Of a stretch of 64,000 nucleotides of DNA, positions 44,378 to 54,600 are shown in pieces. The position numbers and the translations under genes are program-made. The notes under the pieces are model-generated. The model saw only the letters and a list, made by a program, of their open reading frames with translations. It had not been told where the DNA came from and ran no database searches. Origin of the DNA: a virus; IMG/VR virus record IMGVR_UViG_3300009183_000059, positions 1 through 64,000 of that record; one strand, given 5' to 3'. Every line of letters begins with the position of its first letter. Positions within the stretch are counted from its first letter, which is position 1.

Positions 44378-45721
44378 ATGGAAATAACTAAGTCTAATTG
44401 GACCACTAGCGGAAACAACATTAAGTTGAGCATTCCGTTCTCAAAGGTCGATCAAAACAAGCGAACAGTCTCTGGCTACGCAACACTAGACAATGTAGAC
44501 TCACACGGAGATATTGTTTCTTCTGAAGCCTCACTCGGAGCATTCATGAGATTCCGTGGAAATGTTAGAGAAATGCACCAGCCTATGGCGGTAGGAAAAG
44601 TTGTAGCATTTGAACCTAAAAGTTATTACGATCCAAAAGAAGGTAAAGTTTATAATGGTGTTTACGTGACATCATATGTTTCAAAGGGTGCACAAGATAC
44701 TTGGGAAAAAGTTCTTGATGGCACTCTTTCTGGTTTCTCAATTGGCGGATCAATTAAGAAGTCAGACAATGAGTTTATTGACGGTCAAGAAGAGCCAATA
44801 AGAGTAATCAAAGATTACGACCTAGTAGAGTTGTCCCTTGTAGATAATCCAGCCAATCAGTTAGCAAATATTTTTTCTATTGAAAAAGTTAATGGAGCTA
44901 TGGTTATGAAGGGAATTGCAACAGGCATTACACCAGAGAATATTTTTTGGTGCGGTCAAGATTCAATTGCAATAACATCAGAAAATGATACAGCAACTTG
45001 TGATAACTGCTCATGCAATATGGAACAAATTGGATGGGTAGAATCATCTGACGTTTCCAAAGCAGAATCAATTAAATTAATTGTTGATTCATTTGTACAA
45101 AAGAATTCTGAGATTGAAAATATCGCAGAAGAACGTCGTGAAGCTAACGACGGCGTTGATTTAAATAAAAACACAGCCAATGTAGGAGGTACAGAAGTGG
45201 CAGAAAATACAGAACTTCAGTCTGAAGTTGTAGACGCACCAGCAGCTGAAGCAGTTGTTGAAGCACCAGCAGCTGAGGAAGTAGTTGAGGCAGCAGAAGT
45301 TGCCGCAGAAGCTCCAAAGGGCGATGAAGAAGTTGTCGAAAAGGCAGCAGATATTCAAGAGATCGCCGTAGAAGAGTTAGATTTCGCAAAGAAGCTTGAT
45401 GAACTCAAGTCGTTCTTCGCCGATAACTTTGCAAAGAATGCATCTGAGAATGCAACAGGTCTAGAGTCAGTACGTAACAATGTTGAGGAACTAGTTAAGG
45501 GTACAGAATCAAAGATCGAAGATCTTGCAAAGAAGTACGATGAAATTTCTGGCATCGTAAAGGGCATCACAGATGCTCTTACAGCAACAGAAAAAAGAAT
45601 TGATTCAGTTGAAACTTCAACTGCTATCAAAAAGTCAGCAGACCTTGGCGGGTCTAATGATGAACCAATTAAGAAAAGCAAGTGGAACGGCACTTTCCTC
45701 GGTGTTCGTGAAATTCTCTAA
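44378..45721 (+). CDS. HK97-type prohead protease fused to scaffold-like domain, probably leaderless
   Basis: VSGYAT...DSHGD, VREMH, LSGFSIGG, LVELSLVDNPAN; acidic coiled-coil C-terminus. Confidence 0.9.
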   Translation: MEITKSNWTTSGNNIKLSIPFSKVDQNKRTVSGYATLDNVDSHGDIVSSEASLGAFMRFRGNVREMHQPMAVGKVVAFEPKSYYDPKEGKVYNGVYVTSYVSKGAQDTWEKVLDGTLSGFSIGGSIKKSDNEFIDGQEEPIRVIKDYDLVELSLVDNPANQLANIFSIEKVNGAMVMKGIATGITPENIFWCGQDSIAITSENDTATCDNCSCNMEQIGWVESSDVSKAESIKLIVDSFVQKNSEIENIAEERREANDGVDLNKNTANVGGTEVAENTELQSEVVDAPAAEAVVEAPAAEEVVEAAEVAAEAPKGDEEVVEKAADIQEIAVEELDFAKKLDELKSFFADNFAKNASENATGLESVRNNVEELVKGTESKIEDLAKKYDEISGIVKGITDALTATEKRIDSVETSTAIKKSADLGGSNDEPIKKSKWNGTFLGVREIL

Positions 45722-45744
45722 AGACAAGGCAGGTGAAAAAACAA

Positions 45745-46830
45745 ATGAGTAATGAACTATTAGAAAAAGCAGTAGTTACAGCGCAGACAGGAGCCAACGC
45801 TCTTGGCGTATCAGGCGATGATTCAGCTCGTGGTGGCTTACTAAAGCCAGATCAAGCTAATCGTTTCATCGACTATATGTTTGATGCAACAGTTGTAACA
45901 AAGTTTGCTAGAACCATTCGTATGCGTTCTGACATTCAAGAAATCGACAAGATCGGTGTAGGCGAAAGAATCCTTAAGGTTGCTACAGAAGCATCTGATA
46001 CAGGAGCAGCACAATCAGTTGTGTTCGCTAAGATCTCTCTTGCAACAAAGAAGCTCCGTTTAGATTGGGAGCTTTCAACTGAATCTTTAGAAGACGGCAT
46101 TGAGGGCCAAGACCTAGAAGACCACATCGCAAGATTGATGGCTACTCAGGTTGGTAACGATGTTGAGGATCTTATCCTTAACGGAGTTGGAACAGGCTCA
46201 GATACACTTCTAAAAGCATTCAAGGGTGTTACAACCATCGCAAAGACAGAAGCAAATGTTGTTGATGCAGCAGGTGCAACAATTTCTAAGAGCATCTTTA
46301 ATGACGCTCTTAAGAAGATGCCACGTCGCTACAAGCAACGTCGCAACCAACTACGTTTCCTTACAGGAAGCAATTTGGTACAGGACTACTTATACAGCCT
46401 AACATCACTTCCAGGATCACCAGAAGATATCGCATCTTCTATCGTTCGTGGAGATGTTGCAGCTAATAATGGTGCTCCAGGAGGCGTAATCCCTTACGCA
46501 TACGGTATCCCAGTACTAGAAGTTCCACTTCTAGATGAGAACCAAACTGGAACATACACAAGTCCATCAGGTGCACACGGAGACGTACACCTCACATTCC
46601 CAGACAACATTATTGTTGGTGTGAAGCGTGACATTACAGTACACCGTGAGTTCAAGCCAAAGAAGGATACAACAGAATATACTCTGTTCCTTCGTGTTGG
46701 TACAGCAATCGAAAATCCTGACGCATTCGTTGTCGTCAAGAACGTAAAGGTTGCAGCAGGATACGATACACGTGACTTCGCAGCCTCAACTGGCGGAAGC
46801 TACACAAATCTTCCAGCATCACGTCCATAA
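45745..46830 (+). CDS. Major capsid protein
   Basis: GGLLKPDQANRFID, LEDGIEG, position after protease, strong codon bias, terminator downstream. Confidence 0.92.
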   Translation: MSNELLEKAVVTAQTGANALGVSGDDSARGGLLKPDQANRFIDYMFDATVVTKFARTIRMRSDIQEIDKIGVGERILKVATEASDTGAAQSVVFAKISLATKKLRLDWELSTESLEDGIEGQDLEDHIARLMATQVGNDVEDLILNGVGTGSDTLLKAFKGVTTIAKTEANVVDAAGATISKSIFNDALKKMPRRYKQRRNQLRFLTGSNLVQDYLYSLTSLPGSPEDIASSIVRGDVAANNGAPGGVIPYAYGIPVLEVPLLDENQTGTYTSPSGAHGDVHLTFPDNIIVGVKRDITVHREFKPKKDTTEYTLFLRVGTAIENPDAFVVVKNVKVAAGYDTRDFAASTGGSYTNLPASRP

Positions 46831-46856
46831 TTATAAATTAGGACAAAATCTGTGAG

Positions 46857-46890
46857 AAGGACCCCTTTCTTTAAAGGGGTCCTTTTCCTT
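46857..46890 (+). terminator. Intrinsic terminator
   Basis: AAGGACCCCTTT-CTTT-AAAGGGGTCCTT followed by T-rich tail. Confidence 0.85.
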
Positions 46891-46937
46891 TATAGTGTGT
46901 AAAATGCTATAATTAAAACAAAGAAATGGAGAAATAA

Positions 46938-47330
46938 ATGTCATTAGAGTCAATGAAATTGGCAGAACTAAAAAAGGTAGCAGAAGAATTTGCTGTAGAT
47001 CTAGAATCTGCAAAGACTAAAGCCGAGGTTCTTGCAGCCCTAGCGGAAGAGGGGGTAACATCAGACCTAATTAATAATTTGAAAAAGGTGGAAAGAGAAG
47101 AGATGCCACCACCACCAGTGTTTGCTAATGCGGAAGAATTTAATCAAGATCCAGGTTCAGCGCTGGTAAAGATGGAAAGGCTAAATAGAAGCTTTCATAC
47201 CCGTGGGTATAGTTTTAGCCAAGAGCACCCATTTGTAGCAATGAGAATGGAAGATGCACTAGAAATTTTGGATACAGAAGAAGGTTTTAGATTAGCTTCA
47301 CCTAGAGAAGTTAACGAATACTACTCATAA
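46938..47330 (+). CDS. Hypothetical protein with Rho-N/SAP-like N-terminus
   Basis: LESMKLAELKKVAEEF...KTKAEVLAAL. Confidence 0.7.
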   Translation: MSLESMKLAELKKVAEEFAVDLESAKTKAEVLAALAEEGVTSDLINNLKKVEREEMPPPPVFANAEEFNQDPGSALVKMERLNRSFHTRGYSFSQEHPFVAMRMEDALEILDTEEGFRLASPREVNEYYS

Positions 47331-47341
47331 GGAGATAACAA

Positions 47342-48271
47342 ATGGCAGAGATACACGCTGGAACTAATGGTCCTATAAACTTTAAGACTTACTATAATGG
47401 TATAGCCAAGGATCCAGATGTTGGTCCAACAGTTACTATATTTTATGAGGATGCTACAACTGGCACAGTTCTAACTGCCAATAACACTGATGTTGATGCA
47501 GGAAGCTATTTTACATATGTTCCTATATCAGCTACAACAACCTATAAATATTTTTATTTAAAGATTGACTATACAATTTCTGGAACAGTATTTTCTGATC
47601 GAAAGCACTACCTTGTAACACGACCATATGCAACAGTTGCAGACATTGTAGATTATTCTGGATACGGCGTAGACACAGTAGATACCAACTACAAAACATA
47701 TGATGAAATTATGTCTGCTGAAAGATATGCTAGATTTAAGATTAATGCCTTTACTGGACAAAAATTTGATTATGTTCAAAAGACTATATCAGTACTTGGC
47801 GACGGAGTAGATGTACTATTACTACCAGAAAGAATTCAATCTATATCTAAGGTATATGAGAACGATGTTTTAGTATACGATTCAACATCTGCAAATAATC
47901 AAGTTACATTAAAGGTTACAGATACCAACTATGCAATTGCAATAGACAAAGGCGCAGGCTTAGAAGTATTTGAGTCATACCCTTACCAAGCAGATAGACC
48001 AAATGCTGGATATTTTAATAACGGATCAAAGTATAGTGTTGAAGGAATGTTTGGATACAAGAATGTTCCAATTGAAATCTATGACTGCACAATAAGACTG
48101 GCAAATGACTTTTTCCACCAAGACACTATATGGAAGGAGAAGTATGTTAAGTCTATGCAGACTGGTGACTGGAACGTTGATATTTCTCCAGCAGCATTTA
48201 CTGGAACAGGCAACTCTGCAGTAGACAGAATGCTTGAGCCATTCGTTGCTAACCGTATGGTGGTTATTTAA
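47342..48271 (+). CDS. Head-tail adaptor
   Basis: PYAT...INAFTGQKF...GMFGY..VP...TGNSAVDRML; synteny. Confidence 0.75.
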   Translation: MAEIHAGTNGPINFKTYYNGIAKDPDVGPTVTIFYEDATTGTVLTANNTDVDAGSYFTYVPISATTTYKYFYLKIDYTISGTVFSDRKHYLVTRPYATVADIVDYSGYGVDTVDTNYKTYDEIMSAERYARFKINAFTGQKFDYVQKTISVLGDGVDVLLLPERIQSISKVYENDVLVYDSTSANNQVTLKVTDTNYAIAIDKGAGLEVFESYPYQADRPNAGYFNNGSKYSVEGMFGYKNVPIEIYDCTIRLANDFFHQDTIWKEKYVKSMQTGDWNVDISPAAFTGTGNSAVDRMLEPFVANRMVVI

Positions 48272-48702
48272 TGTCAAGAGGCCTTATAGAATCTACCCTA
48301 AACATGAAAATGGATGTTTATGAGGTCATTGTTTCACAGGATGAAAATACTGGAGCACTTGTAAAGAAATGGGGATATAAGAGCACAGAGCCATGCTTGG
48401 CTAGAGGTTATATATCTGAAACTGGAAGAACTGGCGGAAGCTCAGAAAAGACTGGCGAAAGATACGAAAATACTGAAAGAATAATTATTGAGACAAAGTA
48501 TAAGACATCAAAGACACAAAGACTTACTAACATTAGAAACGACAGAGATGAAGTAATCTGGTTTGAATTAATTAGCAATAACTACGATACCCCAACTATA
48601 TTTGACGTAATGGGAGTTACCCCAGTCCTTGATCCATTTGGCCAAATACTATCATTTAATATAACCGCTAAACGCTCAGAGGTACAAAAGCTTGAAGTCT
48701 AA
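48271..48702 (+). CDS. Head closure/stopper protein
   Basis: Size, synteny, QDENTGA motif. Confidence 0.65.
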   Translation: MSRGLIESTLNMKMDVYEVIVSQDENTGALVKKWGYKSTEPCLARGYISETGRTGGSSEKTGERYENTERIIIETKYKTSKTQRLTNIRNDRDEVIWFELISNNYDTPTIFDVMGVTPVLDPFGQILSFNITAKRSEVQKLEV

Positions 48703-49483
48703 CATAATCTCACAAATTAAATCTGCTGAGCAAGTTATGTCAATGGGCGGAAGCAAAGGCATGATCAAAGATAATGGCTCAATAGCTAAGATAGCATCAG
48801 CACTATATTATAAAGCAGCGGCATTAGACTATTTAGTTAATTCTTCATTAACACAAAAAGCAGTAAAAACAAAGATTTTTAATCAGATAAACAAAGACTT
48901 TTCATTTTATACAGATGCACAGGCTAGGAGCTACACATCTAGGCTACACCACGTATATGAGTGGAGAAGACCTGGAGACCCGTCAGCGAGGCTGTGGAGC
49001 CTTGATATGACCCCTTCTACGGGATACAACATGTCTTTGTCATATTCATTTAAGCAGTCCAGATCAAATGTTCCTAATACAAGATCATTAAAGAAATATG
49101 TATTTAAAGAGAAAGCAAGAATTATGGAATATAGAATTCCAGTAACTATTAGGCCTAAAGCGGCATCAATAAGACTAGCCTTTGAAGGAAGAGATGGGAA
49201 GCTGGTTGTCCTTCCAAAAGGCCAAAGCGTTAGAGTTAAAAATCCAGGCGGAAACAATGTATATAACGGATTTGGAAGAACCTATGAAAGATTCTTTAAG
49301 GGCAATATGGTTAAAACTAGCATTGAAGATTCTGGAGTTAAGGGTGCAGTTACCAGAGCAACAAAAACTTCTACTAAGGTTCCAGCCATGATTTCAAGCA
49401 AATTGTCTATTGGAAGAATATCTCCAGAGGCTGTAAGATCACTTGCTAAGGCAAGTGCATTGAGGGAGGCTAACAAAATATAA
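48692..49483 (+). CDS. Neck/tail completion protein
   Basis: Basic, LHHVYEW motif, synteny. Confidence 0.6.
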   Translation: MKSNIISQIKSAEQVMSMGGSKGMIKDNGSIAKIASALYYKAAALDYLVNSSLTQKAVKTKIFNQINKDFSFYTDAQARSYTSRLHHVYEWRRPGDPSARLWSLDMTPSTGYNMSLSYSFKQSRSNVPNTRSLKKYVFKEKARIMEYRIPVTIRPKAASIRLAFEGRDGKLVVLPKGQSVRVKNPGGNNVYNGFGRTYERFFKGNMVKTSIEDSGVKGAVTRATKTSTKVPAMISSKLSIGRISPEAVRSLAKASALREANKI

Positions 49484-50028
49484 TGGCAAACTATTCATTA
49501 AATGCTGCAGGAGCCGTAAGAGACTTCTTGTGGAGTAAGCTAAGCACAACAGATTCAAATGTTAAATCTGGTCAAAAGATGTTTGAACCATCAGACTATC
49601 AGATTGATCTATTGAGCGGAACCGAATTCACAATGATACCTATCATTCCATCACAGCAGGATGCCTTGTTAGACGGAGCCCTAGCAGATAGAAATCATAT
49701 TATTTATGATTATGTAGCAGATGGATATGAGGACAATTGGATGATCTGCAGAGATTCAATGATGTTCACAATATACTCCAAGTCATATGCTGAGATTGCA
49801 GAGGTTCAAAACTTAATGCTAGATCTATTCAGAAGAATGGATGATACAGCGGAAGACATAAACAACTTTATAGGCTCAAATTCACCATTTATCTTCTTTT
49901 CGGTCTCACTGATCGACCTTCTTTCTCCAGAACCAGAACGTGAAAAGGTTGGATGGCAGGCAGGACAGGTCGTAATCAGATATAAGTATGGAAGACAGAT
50001 ATCAGCAACTACAGGTAGATTCTCGTAG
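49483..50028 (+). CDS. Tail terminator
   Basis: Synteny immediately before the tail tube gene. Confidence 0.6.
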   Translation: MANYSLNAAGAVRDFLWSKLSTTDSNVKSGQKMFEPSDYQIDLLSGTEFTMIPIIPSQQDALLDGALADRNHIIYDYVADGYEDNWMICRDSMMFTIYSKSYAEIAEVQNLMLDLFRRMDDTAEDINNFIGSNSPFIFFSVSLIDLLSPEPEREKVGWQAGQVVIRYKYGRQISATTGRFS

Positions 50029-50161
50029 GCCTTGCTTTTTAATATGTTAGGCTGTATTATTTAACTATCGAGGATTTGTCAGCCTAGCCAGCTGTTCGTT
50101 TTAATTGGTAAGATTTTAAGCAAGAACTATATCCACAAAAAAGATGGAGGTGGAAACAAAA

Positions 50162-50839
50162 ATGGCAAATGTAAATAATATTATCGTTGGTGCCGCTAAC
50201 GTTTGGGTTTCAAAGAAAGACTCAACACAGGTAGCAGCATGGCCAACATACGCATTACCAACATTCACAGCTAACACAACAGCAGCGACAGCAATGGACG
50301 CAGCTACAGGCGCAACAGGTTGGAGAAACGTTGGTTTTACATCAGAAGGAATTGAAGTACAATACTCACCAGATTACGGTGACATTCAGGTAGATCAGCT
50401 ACTTGATACAGCTAAGCTTTTCAAGCAAGCAATGACAGTTTCAGTAAACACAACATTAGCAGAAGCAACTCTAGAGAACCTATTGTTCTCATTCGCACAA
50501 GCGAATGATACAAAGGATGCTACAACAGGTGCAGGAGCAGATACAGCTTACGTAAAAGGAACTGGCGGAGAGTCACTAGGACTTGAGGCAGGAGCACTTG
50601 GAGCAGAACCAGTAGAAAGAGCACTTGTGTTCATTGGTAACGCACCACGTTCGACAGCAGGTGTTAAGAGAGAGCGTCTATATCATGCACGTCGTGTATT
50701 GAACGTAGAAGCTTCTTCACACTCATACCGTCGTAATGAAGCAACAGTATTCCCAGTATCATTTAGATTGTTACCAGACCCAGCATTTTCAGGCGCTGAG
50801 TACGGAATGATCGTTGATCGTCAAATTGCAGCTTCTTAA
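50162..50839 (+). CDS. Major tail (tube) protein
   Basis: NIIVGAA...VGFTSEG...VDQL...TTLAEATLENL...FRLLPD; GGAGG RBS; terminator downstream. Confidence 0.88.
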   Translation: MANVNNIIVGAANVWVSKKDSTQVAAWPTYALPTFTANTTAATAMDAATGATGWRNVGFTSEGIEVQYSPDYGDIQVDQLLDTAKLFKQAMTVSVNTTLAEATLENLLFSFAQANDTKDATTGAGADTAYVKGTGGESLGLEAGALGAEPVERALVFIGNAPRSTAGVKRERLYHARRVLNVEASSHSYRRNEATVFPVSFRLLPDPAFSGAEYGMIVDRQIAAS

Positions 50840-50864
50840 TAACTAAATTTATTTAGTCTCAATT

Positions 50865-50895
50865 AAATGGCCCCTATTCGTAGGGGCCATTTCTT
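50865..50895 (+). terminator. Intrinsic terminator
   Basis: AAATGGCCCCTA-TTCG-TAGGGGCCATTT. Confidence 0.85.
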
Positions 50896-50955
50896 GTCTT
50901 AATACCTAGTGTCTGGTAAAATTGTACAGAGACTAACAGAAATAGGAGGAGTACT

Positions 50956-51288
50956 TTGGCTACCAAGGTATACGAAACGTACGAAATCGAACTACAAAAT
51001 GGAACAGTGGTTACACTTAGACCATTACCAATTGCACAATTAAGAGAGTTTATGACTCATATGGCAAAGCTTGACGGGTCCCTCAACGAAAACGAAGCAG
51101 TAGATACACTGCTCGCTGCATCAGCAGTTGCATTAAAAACATCAGCTCCAGAATTAGCTGCTAACAAGGGTGAACTAGAGAATGCTCTAGACATGCCAAC
51201 AATTATGAAAATTGTTGAAGTGTGTGGAGGTATCAAGATGGACGACCCAAACCTCTTGGCGGCAGCTCTACTAGCTGGTCAGAACTAG
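50956..51288 (+). CDS. Tail assembly chaperone (gpG equivalent)
   Basis: Between tail tube and tape measure; TTG start with GGAGGAG RBS. Confidence 0.85.
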   Translation: MATKVYETYEIELQNGTVVTLRPLPIAQLREFMTHMAKLDGSLNENEAVDTLLAASAVALKTSAPELAANKGELENALDMPTIMKIVEVCGGIKMDDPNLLAAALLAGQN

Positions 51289-51608
51289 ATTTAGTTGCCG
51301 TAGAATCAGAGGCCTTTTTGTTAGGTCTCTGGAAAAATTTTCAAGACCTGGAGGAGTCAATATCAATGCCTGAACTGCTAGCAATTCTTGAAGCATCAAG
51401 AAAAAACAAGAATGAAGAACGCAAGTTCTCTGCTGCTTTGCAGGGTGTTAAGATTGACGATCCTGAAACAACAAAGTCGTTTGATGATATCAAGCGACGT
51501 GCAATGGGCTACGATACAGAAACAAATGACGTAGCATCATTAAGAGGCTCACTCGCAGAACAGGAAGGTTTCGGAGTAGGTCAAGGCCTAGGTTATAAGG
51601 AAGAATAA
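51246..51608 (+). CDS. Tail assembly chaperone -1 frameshift extension (gpGT equivalent)
   Basis: Slippery heptamer C CCA AAC at 51246-51252 shifts into the 51222-51608 frame, which lacks a good start. Confidence 0.8.
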   Translation, partial: PKPLGGSSTSWSELDLVAVESEAFLLGLWKNFQDLEESISMPELLAILEASRKNKNEERKFSAALQGVKIDDPETTKSFDDIKRRAMGYDTETNDVASLRGSLAEQEGFGVGQGLGYKEE

Positions 51609-51611
51609 CAA

Positions 51612-54600
51612 ATGGCTGATATTTTAAATGTAAAGTTCACCGCCAATGCTGATTTTGGACAGTTAATATCTGAAGCCAATAGAGCAATGGCGGTGCTTTC
51701 TAAATTTAGAAATCAGGCCCTTTCAGAGAACATAGGTTTAAATAAAAAAGATTTTGATGTTGCAGTCGGTGAATTTAGAAAAGCAGTTACTGCAGCAGGA
51801 TATTACAATGCATCAATAGTTGACGTTACATCATCAACACAAAAATTTGGTAAAGAATTAGCTGGTCAAAGATTAAAGCTAAAGGACTACTACAGCGCTT
51901 GGTCTGAATATAGCAGGGGCGCACAGGGACAAATAAGAAAGCTTGCACAAGAGCAAGTTAGAATGAACTCTTCTATTGTTAAATCATTAGGAAGAGATGT
52001 CAGTGGTGCTCAGAAAGCAATGGTTATTACCCCTACTGGAATTGACGCAGTAGCAAGTGCCTCTAAAATTGCAGCAGCAGAATTATCAATTTATCATAAA
52101 GTCTTAAGAGATGGATCAACATCTTTAATTAACTGGGGTAAAAATACTCAATGGGCAGGACGTCAGTTAACAGTTGGTCTTACATTACCATTAGCAATTT
52201 TTGGTAAGACAGCATCAGAAGCATTTAGAGCAGCAGACATGGAGCTCACAAGACTTGCAAAAGTTTATGGTGGTATTGGTGGAGTTTCATCTGAACAATT
52301 AACTAAGGTTAAAAAAGATGTAACTGAGCTTTCAACAGTATTAGCAAAAACATATGGAGCATCATTTCAGGATACACTTGGATTAGCTGCAGATATTGCT
52401 GCAACTGGTAAAGAAGGAAATGATTTACTAGGATCAGTTGCTGAAACAACAAGACTAGCAACGCTTGGCGATGTTGATAGACAAGAGGCTATGAAGGCAA
52501 CATTAGCACTTCAAAGTGCATTCTCAATGAATACAAAAGAGCTTGCAGAATCAATTAACTTTCTTAACGCAGTTGAAAACCAGACATCAACAACACTTTC
52601 AGATTTAGTAGAAGCAATTCCTAAAGCTGGACCAGTTATCCAAGGTCTTGGCGGAACCGTAAAAGATTTAGCAGTTCTTCTTACAGCAATGAAAGAAGGT
52701 GGGGTTAATGCAGCAGAAGGTGCTAACGCATTAAAGTCTGGATTAGCATCTATGATTAACCCAACAAAGGTTTCCAGAGATTTGCTTATGAGCTGGGGAG
52801 TTTCAATTGATGATATTGTAACTGGAAACGCTGGCGATATTGTTGGAATGATGCAAGAGCTAAAAAAAGCACTTGATCAATTAGATCCACTACAAAAACA
52901 AAAAGCTATCGAACAATTATTTGGTAAATATCAGTTTGCAAGAATTAATGCATTACTTGAAAACTTAGGTAAAGAGGGAAGCCAGACACTACAAGTATTT
53001 GATTTAATGAAAGCATCGACATCAGATCTTGGATCTATTGCTGATCGAGAATTAAAATCATTAACAGAATCTGCATCTGGAAGATATAAAAGAGCGCTAG
53101 AAACATTTAAAGCTGCAATTGCAGATATCGGTGAGCCATTCTTAAATATTATGGCAAAAGTCCTTGATGTTGGCGGAAAAGTTTTGGGTGTATTTGGCAA
53201 AATGCCAGCACCATTAAAAGCATTCGTAACTGGCATGGGTGTCTTAACAGCATTAGCTGGCCCATTGATTATGCTTACTGGTCTTATGGCTAACTTCTTT
53301 GGATATATTGTAAAAGGCGTAAATGCACTAAGACAATTTAGAAGCGGGGCTGACTCATTTAAACTTGTAACAACAGAAACAATTGCAGCAGATCAAGTTG
53401 CAGATGCATATACACAAAGTATTTATTCGCAAAAAGATGCCGCAACAATTCTTAGAGTAGAGCTAGAAAGACTTGCACAGGCATATAGAGATGTTGCTGG
53501 AAGTCAGCAGGGAGGAGCTCCAGGTCCTAATTCTGGTGGAGTAATGCCACCTACTATTATTGGCCCAGGCGGAGGAACACCAACCTCAACAAGAAAAGAT
53601 CCAGAGCTTACACAATATCAACAGACTATTGATGACATCATTAATGACCCAGAAATGGAGCAGGCCAAATTAAGAGCAAGAGAAAAAGCTAAAGCATCAG
53701 GATCATTCAAGAGTGTTGTTGAACAACAGCAGGCAATGCTAGCTGAAACAAAAAGTTCTGGCGGACATGATTTCCAGGCACCAATACATGCGGCAGTTGC
53801 AAAGCAAGCTGGACTTGGTGATGGAACAAGATTTACATATGGTAAAGATACAATTGATGTTGCAAGCGGAAATTATGAGAGTGCTCATTTAGATCCATCT
53901 ACAAAAGTTGATAAAACATATGGATCAACAGTACAATCTAAAAGCGCTAATCAAACAATTGCAGCTAGAGGTATTAAAGATCAGGGAGAATTTCTTCAAT
54001 ATACAGAGTCAGACTACGAAAGAATGGCTATTGCAAATGAATATACTCAATCAAAAACTAGAGCTGGTGGAAGAAAAGGATCTGTTTCTCAAAAAAGAAT
54101 TAAAGACGCAGTTGCTCCATTTAAAAAAAGATTTGGTGGAGATCTAGGATCTGCAGCACTTCAAGAACAACTTCAATCATCTGTACCAGTTTCTACTATG
54201 GCACCAACTTCACCAGTAGTATCAAATACTAGAAAAGCAACAGCTGTATATAATGATCCAAATACAGATATGGCTACAAGAAAGTCTATTGATAGAAATA
54301 GAAAGAAGACAGGGCAAGCACCTTTAGGCGGAGTTCCAGACACACGAAAAGTTGAAAAGGGAATGGTTAACTCTGCAAAAGCAGCAAAAATGTTTAATAA
54401 TAATATAATGATGTCTGTAGGTTCACTTGGAATGGCAGCATCAATGTTAAATCAAGTTACTGGATTACAAAGTGGTTTAGTCTCAAAGGCATCAGAGTTT
54501 GCAATGGCTCTAGGTTTTGGTTTACCAGCCGTCAAAGCTTTGGGCGGAGGACTTAAATCAGTAGGAGGCTCTTTAGCTAAGAGTGGTGGATTAGTTGGAG

